A DNA stretch of 64,000 nt from an uncultured Spirochaetota bacterium (GTDB lineage: Bacteria > Spirochaetota > Spirochaetia > SZUA-6 > DRHE01). The stretch spans positions 64,039-128,038 of the forward strand of contig CAVTQG010000053.1 in assembly GCA_963736785.1 (NCBI GenBank), written 5' to 3'. Both the position numbers and the translations under genes were made by a program. The stretch's first letter is position 1; each line of letters opens with the position of its first letter. Positions 38,396 through 48,575 of this stretch are shown piece by piece. The notes below the pieces were generated by a model. It had not been told where the DNA came from. It did no database searches and saw nothing but the letters and a program-made list of their open reading frames with translations.

Positions 38396-39762
38396 ATGGC
38401 GATTGCACGAGCCGCGTTTGCGTGTTTCGGGGAGGTCAACACCCCCCGCGAGATCATCGAGGCCAAGGCGCCGGAAGGCCCGGCAGCTGGCTGGAGCAGG
38501 CCGGGCTGGAGCTGATCGCCACCGAGCCGGTGAGCGACGACGCCGCGGGCAGCGACGTGCGCCGGGCGGTGGAGACCTTCCGCGGGCGGGAGTTCGACCT
38601 GGTGGTGGCCTGCGTGGCCGGCTGGATCCCCACCCACGCGGTGCTGGGGGTGCTGGACCCCTTCCGGCACAAGCCCGTGCTGCTGTGGGGACTGGCCGGC
38701 TGGACTCGAGGGCGGGCGCCTGGTGACCACCGCCGACCAGGCCGGCACCTCGGCGCTGCGCCGGCCCCTGGAGGACATGGGCTTCCGCTTCAAGTACGTG
38801 TACGAGATCGCCGGCGTCGAGCCCAGGATGGACAGGATCGCCGGTTTCGCCCGGGCCGCCCGCGGCCGCCGCCGAGCTGCGGCGCGCCAGGATCGGCATG
38901 ATGGGCTACCGGGACATGAAGCTCTACGGGACGCTGCTACGACGGGGTGTCCCTGAAGGCGCGCACTCGGCGTGGAGATCGAGTTCTTCGAGATGCTGGA
39001 GATGGTCCAGGCGGCTGAAAAGCATGGAGCCGGCGGCGGTCCAGGAGACGGTCGCGGCGACTGGGCAGGCGCTGGAAGTTCCTCAAGCCCGCCGAGCCTG
39101 CGACCCTGGAGAAGGGCGCGCGCTACTATCTGGCCCTGCGGGACAAGGTGCGGGAGCGCGGCTACCAGGCCATCTCGCTCATCGACGTGGACGGCATGAA
39201 GAAGCTGCTCGACTTCCCGCCGGCCATGGTGTTCATGCTGCTGGCCGAGGACCCGGGGGTCTGCGTGATCCCGGAGAACGACTGCCTGGGTGCGGTCACC
39301 CAGCTCCTCGTCCGCCACCTCACCGGCCAGGTCGCCGCCTACCTGGAGTTCTACGAGTTCATGGAGGACCGGGTGCTGATCGGCGTCCCGGACTTCGTGC
39401 CCGCCGAGGTGGTGGACGGGGCCGGTCCGGGTGCTGCCCAGCAGGTTCGGGCTGCTCGGCGAGGGGGTGCTGAACGTCTCCAAGGTGAAGACCGGCGAGC
39501 TGACCCTCTGCCGCCTCACCCAGCGCGGCGGCCGCTACGCCCTGCACGTCGGTGACCGGGCGAGGCGGTGGAGCCCCGCCGCTGGGAGGAGGCCGGCTGG
39601 GCCCAACCGGCGCCGCAGCTGCCCGGGCTGGAAGTGATCCTGGACACCCCGGTGGAGGAGTTCGCCCAGAAGGTCCTGAGCCAGCACTACATCCTGGCCT
39701 ACGGCAAGCAGAAAGAGGCACTGGCGGACTTCTGCCGCCTCACCGGAATCCAGCTCCTGTAG
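38396..39762 (+). pseudogene. L-fucose/L-arabinose isomerase-family protein (COG2407), paralog 1, about eight frame breaks
   Basis: Pieces collinear with the intact paralog at 56213: MAIARAAFACFGEV; LVVACVAGWIPTHAV; RIGMMGYRDMKLYGT; VEIEFFEMLEMV; GYQAISLIDVDGMKKLL...YLEFYEFMEDRVLIGVPDF; LNVSKVKTGELTLCRL; VLSQHYILAYGKQKEALADFCRLTGIQLL*. Confidence 0.65.
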
Positions 39763-40957
39763 CCGCGGCCGGGCGGGCACGGCGGGCGGCGGCCAGGCCG
39801 ATGAGCGCGCTGCAGGCGATCGCCGCCGCCAGGCCGATGGACAGGGAGGCCGGCAGGGAGGCCGGACCCAGCGGCTCGAAAAGCTGGCCGATCAGCCAAG
39901 GCAGGAACATCCCACCCAGTGAGGTGCCCACGAGGAACAGACCGGTGATGCGGCCGGTGAGGGTCATGGCGTCCCCCGCCAGGTTGAAGATGCCGGCGAA
40001 AAGGGGCCCGATGAAAAAACCGAACACGGCGGTGCCGGCCCACAGGGCCGCCGGCTGCCGCGGCCAGATCAGCAGCGTGGCCGTGGCGGCCAGGCAGCCG
40101 CCCAGGCTGGCCAGGATCATGGCCAGGGGCTTGAGGCGCGCCGCCAGCAGGGTCGCCGTCACTCGGCCGAGGGTGAAGGAGCCCCAGTACACGGAGGTCA
40201 GGTAGGCCGCCGCCACGTCGTCCGCCAGGCCGAGCGCCACGGCGTAGGTGTTGATCCAGGCTCCGTAGCCGGCCTCGACAGCCACCACCAGGAAGATCAA
40301 CGCGCAGCACAGGAAGACCCCCAGGGGCCAGAGGCGGAGGGTCTGCGGGGCGGTGGACTCGTGACGGCCCCGTACGGGCGGCAGCCGCAGCAGGAAAAGC
40401 GCCGCCGGCACCGCCAGCGCAGCCAGGCTCCAGTATTCCCAGGCGATCCCCCCGGTCAGGCGCACCGCCTGGGCCATGATCAGGAGGCAGAGTGCGGCGC
40501 CCGCGCCGAAGAACAGGTGCAGCGCGTTCATGCGCGTGCTGCGGCCCTCCGGCGGCGTCCAGAGGATCAGCACGTTCCCGCCCACGTCCACGATCCCCTG
40601 CTGGACACCCAGCAGGAGCACCACCGCCAGCAACAGGGCCAGGGAACCGACCAGCGGCAGCAGGGCCAGGGCCGGGATCATGGCCCAGATCGCGGCGGAC
40701 ATGAGGCGGGTACCGGCCAGACGGTCGTACAGCCGGCCCCCGAAGAAGGAGCCCAGCATGTAGCCCAGGTTTTGGGCGATGAACACGGCGCTGATGGCTC
40801 CCAGGGAGGAGCCGGTGGATCGGGCCAGGAATTCCTTGGCCGGTCCGAGCGCCGACACCGTCAGGCCCAGGTGGACGAACGCCAGGAAGGCGCCGGCGGC
40901 CATGCCGGCCGGGGAGCTGCGGGCAGGGAGAGTGCCGGGTTGCGCGGCGCGGGACAT
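39740..40957 (-). CDS. MFS transporter
   Basis: Start MSRAAQPG at 40957. About 12 hydrophobic segments and GGRLYDRLG-type loop motifs. 23-nt convergent overlap with the isomerase pseudogene. Confidence 0.8.
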   Translation of the reverse strand: MSRAAQPGTLPARSSPAGMAAGAFLAFVHLGLTVSALGPAKEFLARSTGSSLGAISAVFIAQNLGYMLGSFFGGRLYDRLAGTRLMSAAIWAMIPALALLPLVGSLALLLAVVLLLGVQQGIVDVGGNVLILWTPPEGRSTRMNALHLFFGAGAALCLLIMAQAVRLTGGIAWEYWSLAALAVPAALFLLRLPPVRGRHESTAPQTLRLWPLGVFLCCALIFLVVAVEAGYGAWINTYAVALGLADDVAAAYLTSVYWGSFTLGRVTATLLAARLKPLAMILASLGGCLAATATLLIWPRQPAALWAGTAVFGFFIGPLFAGIFNLAGDAMTLTGRITGLFLVGTSLGGMFLPWLIGQLFEPLGPASLPASLSIGLAAAIACSALIGLAAARRARPAAATGAGFR

Positions 40958-41093
40958 CGCCCAGGAGTTTCGCCTTTTCCGGGGAACAGCGTCAAGATAT
41001 CCGCCGGCACCGCGTTCGGCCGGCAGGTCGGGTTTTCCGAAGAGCCAGCCCGACCGGGTGGCTGGAATCGGGCGATTTTTTTTGATATTTCCA

Positions 41094-41129
41094 CTTGACA
41101 AATATTGTTTTATATGTAAAATGCTATAA
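41094..41129 (+). promoter_or_regulatory. Strong sigma-70 promoter(s): TTGACA-16-TAAAAT overlapping an extended -10 TGcTATAAT
   Basis: TTGACAaatattgttttatatgTAAAATGCTATAAT at the start of a low-GC 350-nt spacer. Confidence 0.55.
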
Positions 41130-41284
41130 TACGCTGCGGTTCAGAAGTCCGACAGCAAAGACGCATTTCTGCAAGGCAGCAAGAAGAAAACAGGCCTCGA
41201 TGACGGAAATCCTGCGTATTGAAGGGCATTTTCCCCGAAAAAGTCGCCAACCATCCTGCCGATTCATGGCAAACCAACAACGCC

Positions 41285-41301
41285 TGGCGGCTGGAGTGCT
41301 T
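41285..41301 (+). promoter_or_regulatory. Weak sigma-54-like element TGGCGGctggaGTGCTT
   Basis: GG-N10-GC spacing is correct, but both half-sites are degenerate. Confidence 0.2.
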
Positions 41302-41405
41302 AGCGAGGTTTTGTGGGACAAATGAGCTTTGATATGCAAAAAATGAGGCCAAAGGAGGCGATATCGGGAGAGAAAAAACGGCAGGATTCATACGGTGGTG
41401 AAAGA

Positions 41406-41421
41406 GTTTCTGAAACGTTTC
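41406..41421. promoter_or_regulatory. Interlocked palindromes GTTTC-t-GAAAC-GTTTC just upstream of the SD
   Basis: GAAACGTTTC is a perfect 10-bp palindrome 24 nt before ATG 41445. Could be an operator or alternative hairpins. Confidence 0.3.
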
Positions 41422-41444
41422 CAAGCAACCTAAGGAGGAAATGA

Positions 41445-42464
41445 ATGAAAAGAGCGGTTTTAATTCTCATCGCGCTGGCGTTGCTGGCGCCGGCAGCCTT
41501 CGCGCAGAAGGGCATGAAGATCGCTTTCTTCGTGTCCGACCTGGGCAACGTGTTCCACCAGGCCCAGTTCACCGAGGCCAAGAAGTACGCCATGGACAAG
41601 TACGGGGCCGAGGTGTTCGCCTTCGACGGCAAGTCCGACAGCGCGGTCATGACCCAGAACATCGACCAGGTCGTGGCCCAGGGCATGGACGCGGCCACCC
41701 TGCACATCTGGGACCAGGAAGCCGGCAGGCCCGGAGTACTGGATGCCCTCGACAAGGGCATCATCATGACCGCCTTCTTCAGCCCCTGCGTCGGCCCGGA
41801 TTGGGACACCGGTATACCCACGGCCCGCAGCGACGAGCCCGGCACCTCCTACGCCATGGGCGTGGAGATGGCCAAGCAGTGGAAGAAGGCCTTCCCGAAC
41901 AAGCCCATCGTGATGGTGCAGCTCGGCTGGCCCAACCACACCGAGGTGAAGTCCGGACGCACCGATCCCTTCGTAAAGGGCGTGCTGTCCGTGGACCCCA
42001 AGGCGACCAACCTGGGCTGCCAGGATGCCAGCAAGGGGCCTGACGCCGCCAAGCAGATCATCCTGGACCTGGTTACCCAGCGCCCGGATGTCAACCTGAT
42101 CTACTCCGAGGCCTCCAACCTGACCGTCGGCACGATGGCCGCCCTGGTGCAGGCCGGCAGGGGCAAGATGAAGAACGGCAAGCCGCTGACCGAGATCGTC
42201 TGCAGCGTCGACTTCGACGAGGTGGAGCTGAAGAGCGTGTACGACCCCAACAGCTCGCTGAAGCTCTCCATGGGCCTGCCCCCGAAGGAAACCGCCCGCG
42301 GCCGGATCGACCTGATCATGGACGTGAAGAGCGGCAAGGTGAAGATGACCTCGCAGCCGCACCAGGAGTTCTTCTACAAGACCTACAACATCTCCTACTA
42401 CACGATGAAGCGCGCCGACGCGGTGAAGTGGCTGAACGACCAGTTCGGGACCAAGCTGAAATAA
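41445..42464 (+). CDS. CUT2 (ribose/xylose-type) ABC sugar substrate-binding protein
   Basis: AAGGAGG SD and signal peptide MKRAVLILIALALLAPAAFA. Type-I periplasmic-binding-fold body, intact 339 aa. Confidence 0.9.
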   Translation: MKRAVLILIALALLAPAAFAQKGMKIAFFVSDLGNVFHQAQFTEAKKYAMDKYGAEVFAFDGKSDSAVMTQNIDQVVAQGMDAATLHIWDQEAGRPGVLDALDKGIIMTAFFSPCVGPDWDTGIPTARSDEPGTSYAMGVEMAKQWKKAFPNKPIVMVQLGWPNHTEVKSGRTDPFVKGVLSVDPKATNLGCQDASKGPDAAKQIILDLVTQRPDVNLIYSEASNLTVGTMAALVQAGRGKMKNGKPLTEIVCSVDFDEVELKSVYDPNSSLKLSMGLPPKETARGRIDLIMDVKSGKVKMTSQPHQEFFYKTYNISYYTMKRADAVKWLNDQFGTKLK

Positions 42465-42480
42465 GCCGAGGCTTGACGAC

Positions 42481-42505
42481 GGGGGGAGACCTCGAGTCTC
42501 CTCCC
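42481..42505 (+). terminator. Intercistronic stem-loop after the binding-protein gene (no U-tract)
   Basis: GGGGGGAGAC-ctcga-GTCTCCTCCC. Confidence 0.4.
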
Positions 42506-42532
42506 GTCCTTCGCAAGGGGGGCTGGAGAGCC

Positions 42533-44023
42533 ATGAAACCGACCGAGAACGTTCTGGAGATCCGGGAACTGGTGAAGGACTTCCCCAGCGTGCGGGCCGT
42601 CAACAACGTCAGTTTCGACATCAAGCGGAACACCGTCCACTGCCTGGTCGGGGAAAACGGCGCGGGGAAATCCACCCTGATCAAGATCCTGACCGGAGCC
42701 TACGCCAGGTCGGGCGGCCGGATCCTGCTGAACGGGGAGGACTACAATCCGCACAGCCCGCGCGACGCCAAGCAGAAGGGGATCAGCACCCTGTTCCAGG
42801 AGCTGAACGTGGTCGACCAGCTCTCCGTCGAGGAGAACCTCACCCTCGGCATGGAGGAAACCTGGTTCGGCTTCCTGCGCAAGACCGACAAGATCCAAAA
42901 GATGGTCAGCGTCATGAACAGCCTGGAGCCCTCCATCAGCCCGCGGCAGCTGGTGGGCTCCCTGAGCGTGGCCAAGAAGCAGATCGTCGAGATCGCCAAG
43001 GCGGTGGCCACCGAAAGCGACATCATCATCATGGACGAGCCGACGGCCGCCATTTCCGAGGGGGAGATCGCGCGCCTGTTCAAGATCATCAAGGCCCTAC
43101 GCGAGAAGAACGTCACCGTCATCTACATCTCCCACCGCCTGGACGAGATCTTCGAGCTGGGAGACTACGTGACGGTCATGCGCGACGGCCGGCACATCGA
43201 CACCAGGCCCCTGGCCGGGGTCAAGGACCGCGCCGAGCTGATCCGGATGATGATCGGCAAGACGGTGTTCGAAGAGTACCAGCCCAGGCAGGAAGCCGGC
43301 CGGGAGGTCGTCCTGCAGGTGCAGAACCTCGCCAACCACAAGCTGGGCGGCATCGGCTTCGAGATCCGCCGGGGCGAGATCGCCGGCTTCTACGGCCTGG
43401 TGGGCGCGGGCAAGACCGAGCTGGCCCGCGCCATCTACGGCCTGGACGACTACGAGGGGGAGATCCTCTTCAAGGGCCGGAAGCTCCCGCCCTCGCCGGA
43501 CAGGGTCATCCGGGCCGGCATCGCCCTGGTGCCGGAGGAGAGGCGCTCGCAGGGGCTGTTCACCGTGCTCACCATCCGGGGCAATGTGCCGGTCATGAAC
43601 ATGAAGAAGATTTCCCGCGGCGGGTTCGTCAACGCCGGCCAGGAGCGCAAGGTCACCCTGGAGTACATCGAACGCTTGCGCATCGCCACCAGCAGCACCG
43701 AGAAGGAGGCCGCCAAGCTTTCCGGCGGCAACCAGCAGAAGGTGGTTTTCGCCAAATGCCTGTTCGCGGACGCCGACCTGCTGATGCTCGACGAGCCCAC
43801 CCGCGGCATCGACGTGGGCGCCAAGAGCGAAATCTACAACATCGTGCGCCGCCTGTCCGCGGAGGGCAAGTCCATCCTGATCTTCTCCTCGGAGCTGCAC
43901 GAGATCTTGAACATCTGCGACACCATCTACCTACTGTACGACGGCTGCCTGAACGCGACCTTCCGCAACGGCAGCGACATCGACACCCACCAGATCCTCC
44001 ACATCGTCACGGGCGGAGAATGA
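42533..44023 (+). CDS. CUT2 ABC sugar ATP-binding protein (tandem ATPase domains)
   Basis: Walker A GENGAGKST, Walker B IIIMDEPT and LLMLDEPT, signature LSGGNQQK. ATG 42533 behind GGAG. Confidence 0.9.
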   Translation: MKPTENVLEIRELVKDFPSVRAVNNVSFDIKRNTVHCLVGENGAGKSTLIKILTGAYARSGGRILLNGEDYNPHSPRDAKQKGISTLFQELNVVDQLSVEENLTLGMEETWFGFLRKTDKIQKMVSVMNSLEPSISPRQLVGSLSVAKKQIVEIAKAVATESDIIIMDEPTAAISEGEIARLFKIIKALREKNVTVIYISHRLDEIFELGDYVTVMRDGRHIDTRPLAGVKDRAELIRMMIGKTVFEEYQPRQEAGREVVLQVQNLANHKLGGIGFEIRRGEIAGFYGLVGAGKTELARAIYGLDDYEGEILFKGRKLPPSPDRVIRAGIALVPEERRSQGLFTVLTIRGNVPVMNMKKISRGGFVNAGQERKVTLEYIERLRIATSSTEKEAAKLSGGNQQKVVFAKCLFADADLLMLDEPTRGIDVGAKSEIYNIVRRLSAEGKSILIFSSELHEILNICDTIYLLYDGCLNATFRNGSDIDTHQILHIVTGGE

Positions 44024-45049
44024 ACGTGGAAACCAATGAAGCGCGCAAGCGGACGTTGACCGGCGGGTTGAGCAACGAGTCGTTCATCTCGCTTTTCATG
44101 GTCGGGGTGCTCGTCTTCCTGTTCGCCGTGGCCTGCGTTTTCGTGCCGAACTTCTACCGGCTGCAGAACATCATCAACCTGTTCACGAACTACTGGTACC
44201 TCATCATCCTCGGCATCGGGGTCAGCTTTCTGCTGATCACCGGCAACTTCGACATGTCGGTGGGCGGGGTCATCGCCTTGAGCGGGGTGCTCTCCGTGTA
44301 TTTCTGCCAAGGCTACCGGGTGTCGCAGAACGCGCTGGCCAACGGCCTGGGCCTGCCCTACGGCGTCGCGCTGGCCCTGGCCCTGGCCGGGGCCCTGTGC
44401 GTCGGGGGGATCAACGCTTTCTTCATCGCCTGGCTGAAGGTGCCTTCGATCATCATCACCCTGGGCACGATGATGCTGTCGCGGGGCCTGGCCCAGGTCA
44501 TCACCCGCGGCGCGCAGCGCAACACCAGCCTGCCGGACGCCTTCGGGGTGCTGGGCAACACGGCCTTGCCGGGCACCTCCATCAAGGTGGCGGTGCTGAT
44601 CATGATCGGCTCTGGTGGTCGCCGCCCTGGTCATGGAGAAGCTCACGGTCGCCGGGCGCCGCACCTACCTGATCGGGGCCAACGCCGTGGCGGCCAGGCT
44701 CTCCGGGATCAAGGTGGAGCGGCACCTCACCTTGCTCTATCTTACCAGCTCGGCTCTGGCCGGCATCACCGGGATCCTGCTGGCCTCCGAGTTCAAGGCG
44801 GGGGTTTCCAGCCGGGCGATGGGCTACGAGTTCGACGCGCTGGTCATTTCCCTGCTGGGCGGGGTCAGCATCGCGGGGGGCTTCGGCTCGGTGCTCGGCA
44901 TGTTCGTGGGCGCTCTGATCCTGGCGGTGGTGACTTCGTCGGCCACGGGGCTGCTGCTTTCCCCCGACTGGCAGTTCACCCTGAAGGGGATCGTCACCTT
45001 CATCGCCATCCTGGCGCAGCGCTTCGCCCTGGACCGGAGGAAGGGGTAG
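44020..45049 (+). pseudogene. CUT2 ABC sugar permease, one frame break near 44605
   Basis: MNVETNEARK...ITGNFDMSVGGVIALSG... continues in ORF 44615..45049 (LIGANAVAARLSGIKVERH...). ATGA overlap with the ATPase gene. Confidence 0.8.
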
Positions 45050-45053
45050 AATC

Positions 45054-46093
45054 ATGAAAGCCGCTACCGAACAGACCTTGCGCGCGCAGCTGGAGCGGGC
45101 GGCCGCGACGCGGGCGAACATCAAGAAGGTGTACATCTTCGTCGTGCTGGTGCTGATCGTCGTCGTGTTCAGCGTGGTGAAGCTCGGCCAGGTGGAGTTT
45201 TTCGGCCGGGGGCATTTCCTGAGCCCCGCCAGCATCATCAACCTGCTGCGCACGGCGGTGCCGATCATGACCTTGAGCGGCTCCTTCACGCTGCTGATGA
45301 TCTCCGGCTACATCGACCTGTCCGTGGGCAGCGCGATGAGCCTGAGCGCGGTGGTCTTCGCGCTGATGATCCTGAACGGCTTCCCCTTCGCCGCGGCCCT
45401 GCCGATCACCCTGGTCCTGGGAGTCGCCTTCGGCGCGCTCAACGGCCTGCTGGTCGTGAAGCTGCGCATCACGCCCGTGATCGCCACCCTGGTCACGCTG
45501 AACCTTTTCAAGGGCATCGCGCTGCTCATCGTCCCGGACGGGGAGTCGGCCATCAAGAGCGTGGTGGGCAAGTCCATGCCCGCCTGGATCAACGACTACG
45601 CGCGCAAGAACGTCCTGCTGGGCCTGCCGTGGGCCTTCTACATCGCCATTCTGGTGATCGTGGTCCTGGTCATCGTCCAGCGCAAGACGATTCTCGGGCA
45701 AGTACGCCGCGGCGATCGGCGGCAACCGCACCGCGGCGGAGCTGTCCGGCATCAACGTCGTCCGGGTCGTGTGGGTCCTGTACATCATCGTGGGCTTCTT
45801 CGCCGCCCTGGCCGGCATGGCCCGGGCCAGCTACATGTCCCTGGGGGACCCGCTGTCGGGCGACGGCATGGAGCTGGACAACATCATCGCCGTGCTGCTG
45901 GGCGGGCACGGCCTTCTCCGGAGGAGAGGGGTCCGTGGCCAAGACGATCGTCGGCGCCCTCATCATCATGTGCGTGACCACCGGCCTGATGACGGTCATC
46001 CCCGCCTACTGGCAGTACGTGGCCAAGGGCAGCGTGCTGCTGTTGGCCGTCGTGCTCAATCACCTGCTGGTGAGGGAGAAGGTGAAGGCGTGA
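45054..46093 (+). pseudogene. CUT2 ABC sugar permease, two frame breaks (near 45700 and 45905)
   Basis: MKAATEQ...ISGYIDLSVGSAMSLS; then AAIGGNRTAAELSGINVVRVVWVLYIIVGFFAALAG; then FSGGEGSVAKTIVGALIIM...VREKVKA*. Confidence 0.8.
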
Positions 46094-47368
46094 AGCGCCT
46101 GTCGGGCAGAGAACGCGTGCGGGCGGCCCTGGACCACAGGCAACCCGACCGGGTGCCCCTGGACTTCGGCGGCTGCAACCAGACCACTGTGCACGTGGGC
46201 GTCATCGCCCAGCTGCGCGAATACTTCGGGCTGGAAAAGCGTCCCGTGCAGGTGGAAGAGCCCTATACGATGATGGGCCGCATGGACGAAGACTTGAAGA
46301 GCGCCCTGGGGGTCGACGTGGACGCCCTCCTGGGCCTGGGCACCTTCTTCGGGGTGGCCCGTGACGGCTGGAAGGACTACACCATGGAGGACGGCCTGGA
46401 GGTGCTGGTCCCGAAGGACTTCAACGTCACCCGCGACGAGGCCGGCAACATCTTCGCTTACCCCGAGGGGGACACTTCGGTGCCGCCCAGTGGAGTCATG
46501 CCCAAGGGGGGCTACTACTTCGACGCCATCATCCGCCAGGAACCCCTGCCGGCGGACGACGCCGACTTGCGGCTGGAAGACAACCTGGAGGAGTTTACCG
46601 ACATCTCCCAGGCGGAACTGGATTTCCTGGCCTCCCAGCTCCCGGCCAATCGCGAGAGCCAGCGCGCCCTGTTCGGGGTCGTGCCCGGCGCGGGGCTGGG
46701 CGACATTGCCTGCGTGCCGGGGCCGTGGATGAAGCGCCCCAAGGGCATCCGGGACATCACCGAGTGGTACGTCTCCACCGCCACCCGGCGAGACTTCCTG
46801 CACCGGCTGTTCGACCGGCAGACGGATGTCGTGCTGCGCAACCTCCGGAAGATGCACCGGGTGATCGGCCGGGCGGTGGACGTGGCCTGGGTCTGCGGCA
46901 CGGATTTCGGGACTCAAAGCTCCACCTTCTGCTCGCCCGCAGACCTACGCGGAGCTGTACCAGCCCTACTACCGGAAGGTCAACAACTGGATCCACAAGC
47001 ACACCCGGTGGAAGACCTTCAAGCACTGCTGCGGCTCCATCACGACCCTCCTGGAAGGGTTCATCAGTTCCGGCTTCGACATCATCAATCCCGTGCAGTG
47101 GACCGCGGCGAACATGGTCCCGCGGATGCTTAAGAGTAGGTTCGGCGACCGGATCGTCTTCTGGGGCGGCGGGGTGGACACGCAGAAGACCCTGCCCTTC
47201 GGGACTCCGGCCCAGGTGCGGGAGGAGGTGCTGCGGGCCTGCGAGATATTCGCCGATGGCGGCGGTTTCGTCTTCAACACCATCCACAACATTCAGGCCA
47301 GGACACCGCTGGAAAACGTGATCGCCATGCTCGACGCGGTCAAGGAATTCAACGGGCAAGCAAAATAG
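46090..47368 (+). pseudogene. URO-D-fold (COG0407) protein, paralog 2, one frame break near 46940
   Basis: VKRLSGRERVRAALDHRQPDRVPLDFGG... then YAELYQPYYRKVNNWIHKHTRWKTFKHCCGSITTLLEGFISSGFDIINPVQ...FWGGGVDTQKTLPF...GGGFVFNTIHNIQARTPLENV...NGQAK*. Homologous to 33948..35176. Confidence 0.75.
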
Positions 47369-47395
47369 AAGCAGCGAAAGAAGGAGAGTAAGCGA

Positions 47396-48564
47396 ATGAT
47401 CAATGAGTTCTTCTACTACAACCCGGTCAAGATCGTGTTCGGGGAGGGAAAGCTCCAGGAGGCGGGCAAGTACGCCCAGATGTACGGAAAGAAGGCGCTC
47501 ATCGTGACCACCGGCACGCTGTTCAAGGAAAACGGCCTGGTGGACCGGCTGCAGAAAATCCTGAAAGGGCAGCGGCGTGAGCTCGGTCTACTATCCGGAA
47601 GTCAGCGCCAACCCGCTGAACACGCAGATCGATAAGGGCGCCGAGCTGGCCCGGGCCAGCAGACTGCAAGCTGGTGATCGGCCTCGGCGGCGGCAGCGCC
47701 ATCGATGCGGCCAAGGGCATCGCCATCGTGCTGGGTCACAAGCGGCCGATCTGGGACTTCTGCATCGGGACCGACGTGGCCCCTATCACGGACAAGACCT
47801 ACCCGATTATCGCCATCACCACCACCTCCGGCACCGGCAGTGAATGCACCCAGTGGTCGGTGATCACCAATCCCGCCACCGAGGAGAAGCCGGGCATCGG
47901 CTCCGACCACACCTTCGCCAAGGTGGCGATCGTGGACCCGGAGCTCATGGCCAGCATGCCGCCCAAGGTCACGGCCTCCACCGGCTTCGACACGCTGGCG
48001 CACGCCATCGAGGCCTACACGGCGGTTCTGGCGACCCCCATCACGGACATGTGCTGCGAGCAGGCCATCCGCCTGGTGGGCAGGTACCTGCGGCGCGCGG
48101 TGAAGAACGGCCAGGACCGGGAGGCGCGCAACGCCATGGCCTACGCCAACTCCCTGGCGGGCATCGCCATCTCGGTGGGCATCGTGACCGTCTGCCACGG
48201 CCTGGCGCACTCGGTGGGCGGCCTTTCCGGGTCGACCCACGGCGAGACCCTGGCGGCCATGACCCCGCACACGATGCGCTTCTCGATGAAGTCCCATCCG
48301 GACAAGTTCCGCAAGGTCGCCATGTTCCTGCGCGACGAGTGCGGAGCCCCCGAGCAGTACTCGCTGGAGGACAGCATCAAGGAAGTGGAGGCCCTGATCC
48401 ACGACATCGGGCTGGGCGCGCCGCTTTCCCAGCAGGGCCTGAAGGAGAAGGACATCGAGCGGGCCGCCGACGGGGTGCTGCGCTACATGGGCGGCTCCAT
48501 CACCAACGACCCCGCCACGCCGAAGCGGGAAGACCTGATCGCGATCATCCGCAAGGCGTTCTGA
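47396..48564 (+). pseudogene. Iron-containing (group III) alcohol dehydrogenase, two frame breaks (near 47570 and 47660)
   Basis: MINEFFYYNPVKIVFGEGK; VYYPEVSANPLNTQIDKGAELA; then intact ORF 47674..48564 with GLGGGSAIDAAK and GLAHSVGG. Confidence 0.8.
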
Positions 48565-48575
48565 ACGTGATCACC

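Noticed and set aside
41240-41300. Possible c-di-GMP-I (GEMM) riboswitch because of GGCAAACC in the low-GC leader.
   Set aside because: The other conserved GEMM elements (the ACGCAAAGC-type second loop and flanking helices) are not present. A single 8-mer is not enough.
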